DNA of 64,000 nucleotides from Xylographa opegraphella (Eukaryota): NCBI GenBank assembly GCA_022813865.1, contig JALDZX010000005.1, positions 434,001 to 498,000 of the forward strand, read 5' to 3'. Shown piece by piece: positions 59,815 to 64,000 of this stretch (position 1 is its first letter; each line of letters starts with the position of its first letter). The notes under the pieces were generated by a model. It saw only the letters and a program-made list of their open reading frames with translations, ran no database searches and was not told where the DNA came from. The position numbers and the translations under genes were made by a program.

Positions 59815-62587
59815 CTACTTCACCACCTTATAACTCGCGCCCTGCATCTCCAACGCCCTCCCCTCGACCTTCCCCCGCAAGAAATCCTTCAGCTCCTCAG
59901 GCCCGTACGCAAACCCGCCCGGCACCGCAAACTTCAGCATCGTCACTATACGCCGCGCATTCATGGCCCCCTGGTTCGTCAGCATGCCCACGATGTACGG
60001 CCAAAACTCCTCCATCTTCTCCGCAGCCAGCTCCTCAGCCGAGCGCGCGGCCGCGGCCGCCGCCGAGGCGGCGGACGTCTGCGCCGCGGCGAGGGAGGCC
60101 TGCTCCGCGTCGCTGGCGTCGCGGTCGCGGCCCGCGAGCGTTTCCAGCACGCTGTAGACGCCCGGCGAGGTTTCGCGCAGGACGAGCTTGCGGGCCCAGA
60201 AGGTGAGGGCGAGGAGGACGAGGGAAGGGTCCATGGCGAGGGAGGCGGCGAGGTCGGGGACGCTTTTGGCGACGGGTGGTGCGGGGGAGGGGTGTGTGTC
60301 GTGGAAGGCGTGGATGACGCTGGCTTGCCAGGGCAGGATGTCTTCGACGACGGTGCGGTCGCCGAGGTGTAGCTCAACGGTGACGGTGCCGAGGGCCTGC
60401 AGCCAGGTGAGCTTGCGGGCAGGCTTGATGGCTTCGAAGGCGGTGGCGTAGCGGGCTTGGAGGGCGGCGATGGCGGGGGGGACGGAGAAGGTGGTCTCGT
60501 TGAGGGTGGGCCAGAAGAGGCGGGAGAGGATCTTGGAGTGGATGGTCGGGGCGCTGGCGGCGGTGCTGGGGAGGTTTTCTTTCTTGTGGATGAGGCTGTC
60601 GGTGCGGGTGGAGTCGAGGATGTCTTTGAGCATCACTTCGCAGGCTTGGAGCGGTGGGTCGCCGAAGCGGATTTTGAGGAGCTCGAGGACGCGGGTCTGG
60701 GGGAGTGTTAGCTGGTGAGATGTGCTGAGTGGTTGTAGACAAGTGATCGTTACCTCTTTGTCGAAACTCAGGTCGGGTTGAAGGAGGCGCTCTCCAAGGA
60801 TGTTCTGGAATTCCTTCACGAAAACGTCTTTGGTGTCGAAGAGGCTGACGAGCGTACCGATTACATCATGGTTCTTCGACTTCTTGTATTCTAGTAGAGT
60901 GTAAGCGGACCAGAAGCAAGTTTGGATGAGACCTGCGTACCAGGCCCGGCATCAATCGGATCAGGAACCCAGTTCATATCATCCCAATCCATCTCCCCAT
61001 CGTCATCATCTCCACTAGCAATGTTGGAAGCTTTATTGAGCTCGGCTGCCAGCTCGATAAGGGCATCTGTGTTTCCAGGATCGTCTGTTTCATCTGCAAG
61101 CAGACCACCAACAATAATTTTGGCAGTATCGTCCCTATCTCGTAGATACCTTCGAATTGGCCGTGCTAAACGATCCAGAAGCACACCTCTAGGATCCAGT
61201 ACAGCAAACGCCCGAATGATACAGACGTACACCTGGAGAATCTCTGTCGTCGATGCCCCGGGTTGAAGAAGACGCTGTGAGAGAACGCTGGAGAATGAGT
61301 TGGTAAGATGTGATCTGGCTGCTATTGTCGTGGTGTACTGCTTGAGGTCCTCAATGGCGCCCCGACTACCATTATCCCAATCGACAACAATTTCAAACAG
61401 CTCCTTGATCCTCAGTGCTCCGAGATCACAGACTGCACGCTGTTTCCAATTTTCAAGATCGGCAGCACTGACTTGCACACTTCTGTCAACTGAAGTTGAC
61501 TCCTCCTTTGATCCTAAGTATGCCAAAACTTCCACAGCAAACCTGGCGAAGCTGTTTTCCACCCAATCTTTCAGCTCATCTGGTACGGTCGAAGGCGAGA
61601 CCCACTGACCAGCATATGTAGCATTTATGTAAGCGGTCAGCAGTTCACTCATAACTTCAGCAAAAATTCTTTGGGCATGCGCGCCGCCTAGACCAACATC
61701 ATTGATGGAGCTCATAAGGTTGTGAGTTTCTCTACGAGCTTTTGCCCAATTAGCCTCTGCCGTATCTTCCATGGCATCCTTGTCAACAGCATCCACAACT
61801 GGGAGTCTCAACACGATCTGACCTCGTAGTTTCAAAAACGTGCGCAGTCGGCCTGCAAAGCTACTTTGAGAGAGTGATTCGGCTACCATAGCGTCGTATC
61901 TCTCCTCAAACTTGGTCAATTCATAGACCTTGCGCTCTTCAATGTGCCGGACGACATGGCCCTGAAGCTGTGCAAAGTATACGGCTCGTAATACTTGGAG
62001 TACTTGCACAAGTTCTAGTAGCTTGTCGGCGTCCTCTCCCGTACCTAATCCCTTAGTAAATTCAGCTCAGTACACACCGCTACCGCAGAGAGACTTCTCA
62101 CCTTAATCAGTAGCGGGAGCTGAAACCGGGTATAATGCCTCCCTACTTCTTGGGCATACCATTCCAACAAGTCGTCTTCCTTTTTGTTCCTACGTAGCCT
62201 ATGTCCTTCCGACTGCTCAGAAACAAGATAAGAAATAGAGAAGGAGACGTCAGGTGTCAGAGCCTTGAGCCACTCCCCACCTAATGATGAAGTCCTGTTC
62301 CGAATGATATTTCCAACGGGTATTGGGTGGTGCGGCAGACTTAAAAAGGCGGTGGCACTGTGCCAGGACCTTTCCCATCTTATCTTCTCTGAAGCAACGT
62401 CTTGGGCCGGATTGACATCAGGCAAGCTAAGGGAGCTTCCGGCAAACGTAGCAGAACCCAGTTGAGGTGTGGACGAAGGGGTAGGTATGGAAGCTTCAGA
62501 CGGAGATGGAAAGACAGCGCGGAAGACACGCTTGCGTGATGCCATGCCTACACGGTGAATTGAAGGGCTGGCTGTTGCCACTTCCAT
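59815..62587 (-). CDS. APC2: Anaphase-promoting complex subunit 2 (cullin-like; multi-exon)
   Basis: LFEIVVDW, RLLQPGAST..ILQVY, YLRDRDDT, WVPDPIDAGP, ELLKIRFG...CEVMLKD, ILSRLFWP, RKLTWL and a winged-helix tail (YIVGMLTN). Confidence 0.93.
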
Positions 62588-63117
62588 CGTCTACGAGTAT
62601 AGTTCTGAGAAGACGCCAACCATAATGTTGTAGGTACCATGGACGCCTTTATGCAACTCACACCGGGGAAACAGTTGTTATCGCATCATGGTAGTGCTGG
62701 CAACACGTGGAAAAAACTGGATTCAGTACGCTGTAGCGATTGACACGTTGAAGAGTAATCATGCATATCAAATTTGACCGGTGTCATAATCGTTTCTGTA
62801 GCGCAGCACATGAGATACGTCGGTACGTACGAAGTAAATAGCTCCAGAGTATTGTGGTACAATGTTGAACCGCTTAGCGTGTTTCAAAATACGCCTAGAT
62901 AAGGGACACATGCTGAGATCTACGTGAGAGTAGCCTTAATATCCTACACTATGCTAGACTACTTTAGGCATCTATCGATCTCCCACTCTCAAACATCTAG
63001 CATGCATATCCCAACCAGCTATTCCCCCCTTCCTCACCACAGCATACACACAACCCCCACTCCTTCTCCTTACTCACCCTCCTCCTCCTCCGCCGAGATG
63101 TCGACGTACTCTTCCGC

Positions 63118-64000
63118 TCAACGGCTCCCCCTCGCCTCCTGTACCGGCGAGCTACCACCTCCCCTACCACCACAAGAAACAAGCTCGACCCCACCTCCGC
63201 CGCCAAAATACACAGCCAAGTCATCGAGATCGAGATGCCCAGACGGACTCAGCGGCGGAGAGCGCGAGCGCGAGCTCGAGGACGGCGCGCGCGCGAAAGC
63301 GGGTCCTGCCCCGTCCCCCTCCCCGTCATCGTCAGCGCCATACAGCGACTGCGCCAACACGTCCGTGCCATCTGCGCCGTTGGTCGATGTCCAGCAGATC
63401 GGTCGGCGCGGGCTGCAAGCGGTAACATGCTTGAAAGGCGTCTTCGCTGGCGAGGTCGTGCTCTAGCTCCGACTCAGCTGCTAGATCGCAAACGCGCGTG
63501 CGTGGGCGCCGATGCGCAACGTCTTTGTTCTTGCGGGGCGTGGTATCGCCGTTGCCGTCTTCGCCGCCGTAGTCCACATGCCCCGCGTCCGGGCGGTCGT
63601 TATCAAGACAGGAGTCCCGCCATGCCGGAGCGGAGACGCCCGCTGTTGCGTGTGCAGATCGGCGACTGGGCCCGATATCGCCGTCTGCGCATGTGGCCGC
63701 TTCGAGGGCGGTGGTGAGCTCCCGCATCACGCGCCACGGATCTGCGTCCCACTCGGCGCGCGGTTTCTCCTGCGCGAGCTGCCACTCCATGGCCGCGGCG
63801 TAGTCTCGGTGGTAGCTGCTGTGCATCTCGGCGGTGATGCACGCCGGGCTGTGGGCGTCGAGCTCGAAAGACGGCTGCGTGATGGTGGTCTGTGGACGGG
63901 GGTTAGAAAAAGCGCGGTTGGGTGTGGAATGGGGTGTGGGGTACGGAATGGGCGGGGGTGGGGATGGGGTCTCTTGTCTTGGGCCGGGGTATTGGAGCCG
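63118..64000 (-). CDS. Partial hypothetical gene running off the window end
   Basis: Acceptor CTAAC..CACAG near 63890 followed by TTITQPSFELDAHSPACITAEMHSSYHRDYAAAMEWQLAQE...; the 3' end is ambiguous (stop at 63332 versus a second frame to 63118). Confidence 0.5.

Overview
Gene-dense eukaryotic DNA from a filamentous ascomycete (Pezizomycotina). The evidence is short GT-AG introns with CTAAC/CTGAC branch points and fungal-specific genes such as a Zn2Cys6 factor; a lichen-forming Lecanoromycete origin is only a guess. About 26 protein genes can be reconstructed. Recognisable ones: riboflavin kinase (FMN1), AcuK/Ert1-type Zn2Cys6 factor, two MFS transporters, a GNAT, DEAH helicase DHR2, a GTPBP1/2-like GTPase, PKR1, SMD1, MTQ2, SDH7/ACN9, a TauD dioxygenase, an SDR epimerase, an AZUL-HECT E3 ligase, REI1 and APC2. 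No rRNA, tRNA, CRISPR or intact transposon was recognised, and there are two small N gaps. The points most worth follow-up are: (1) recurrent ~1 kb GC-rich islands that always run C/A-rich then G/T-rich, override codon usage inside genes and mostly sit at convergent gene ends (candidate replication origins or recombination hotspots); (2) a spliced defensin-like precursor only partly captured by the ORF track; (3) an intronless accessory trio with a DUF6590-like, possibly PemK/MazF-fold, gene head-to-head with an acidic coiled-coil gene; (4) an SH3-less Pin3/Lsb1-like microprotein; (5) a small Cys-rich CCaaX protein; (6) GC-AG introns in acuK and probably the HECT gene. All family calls come from reading motifs by eye; no database search was run.
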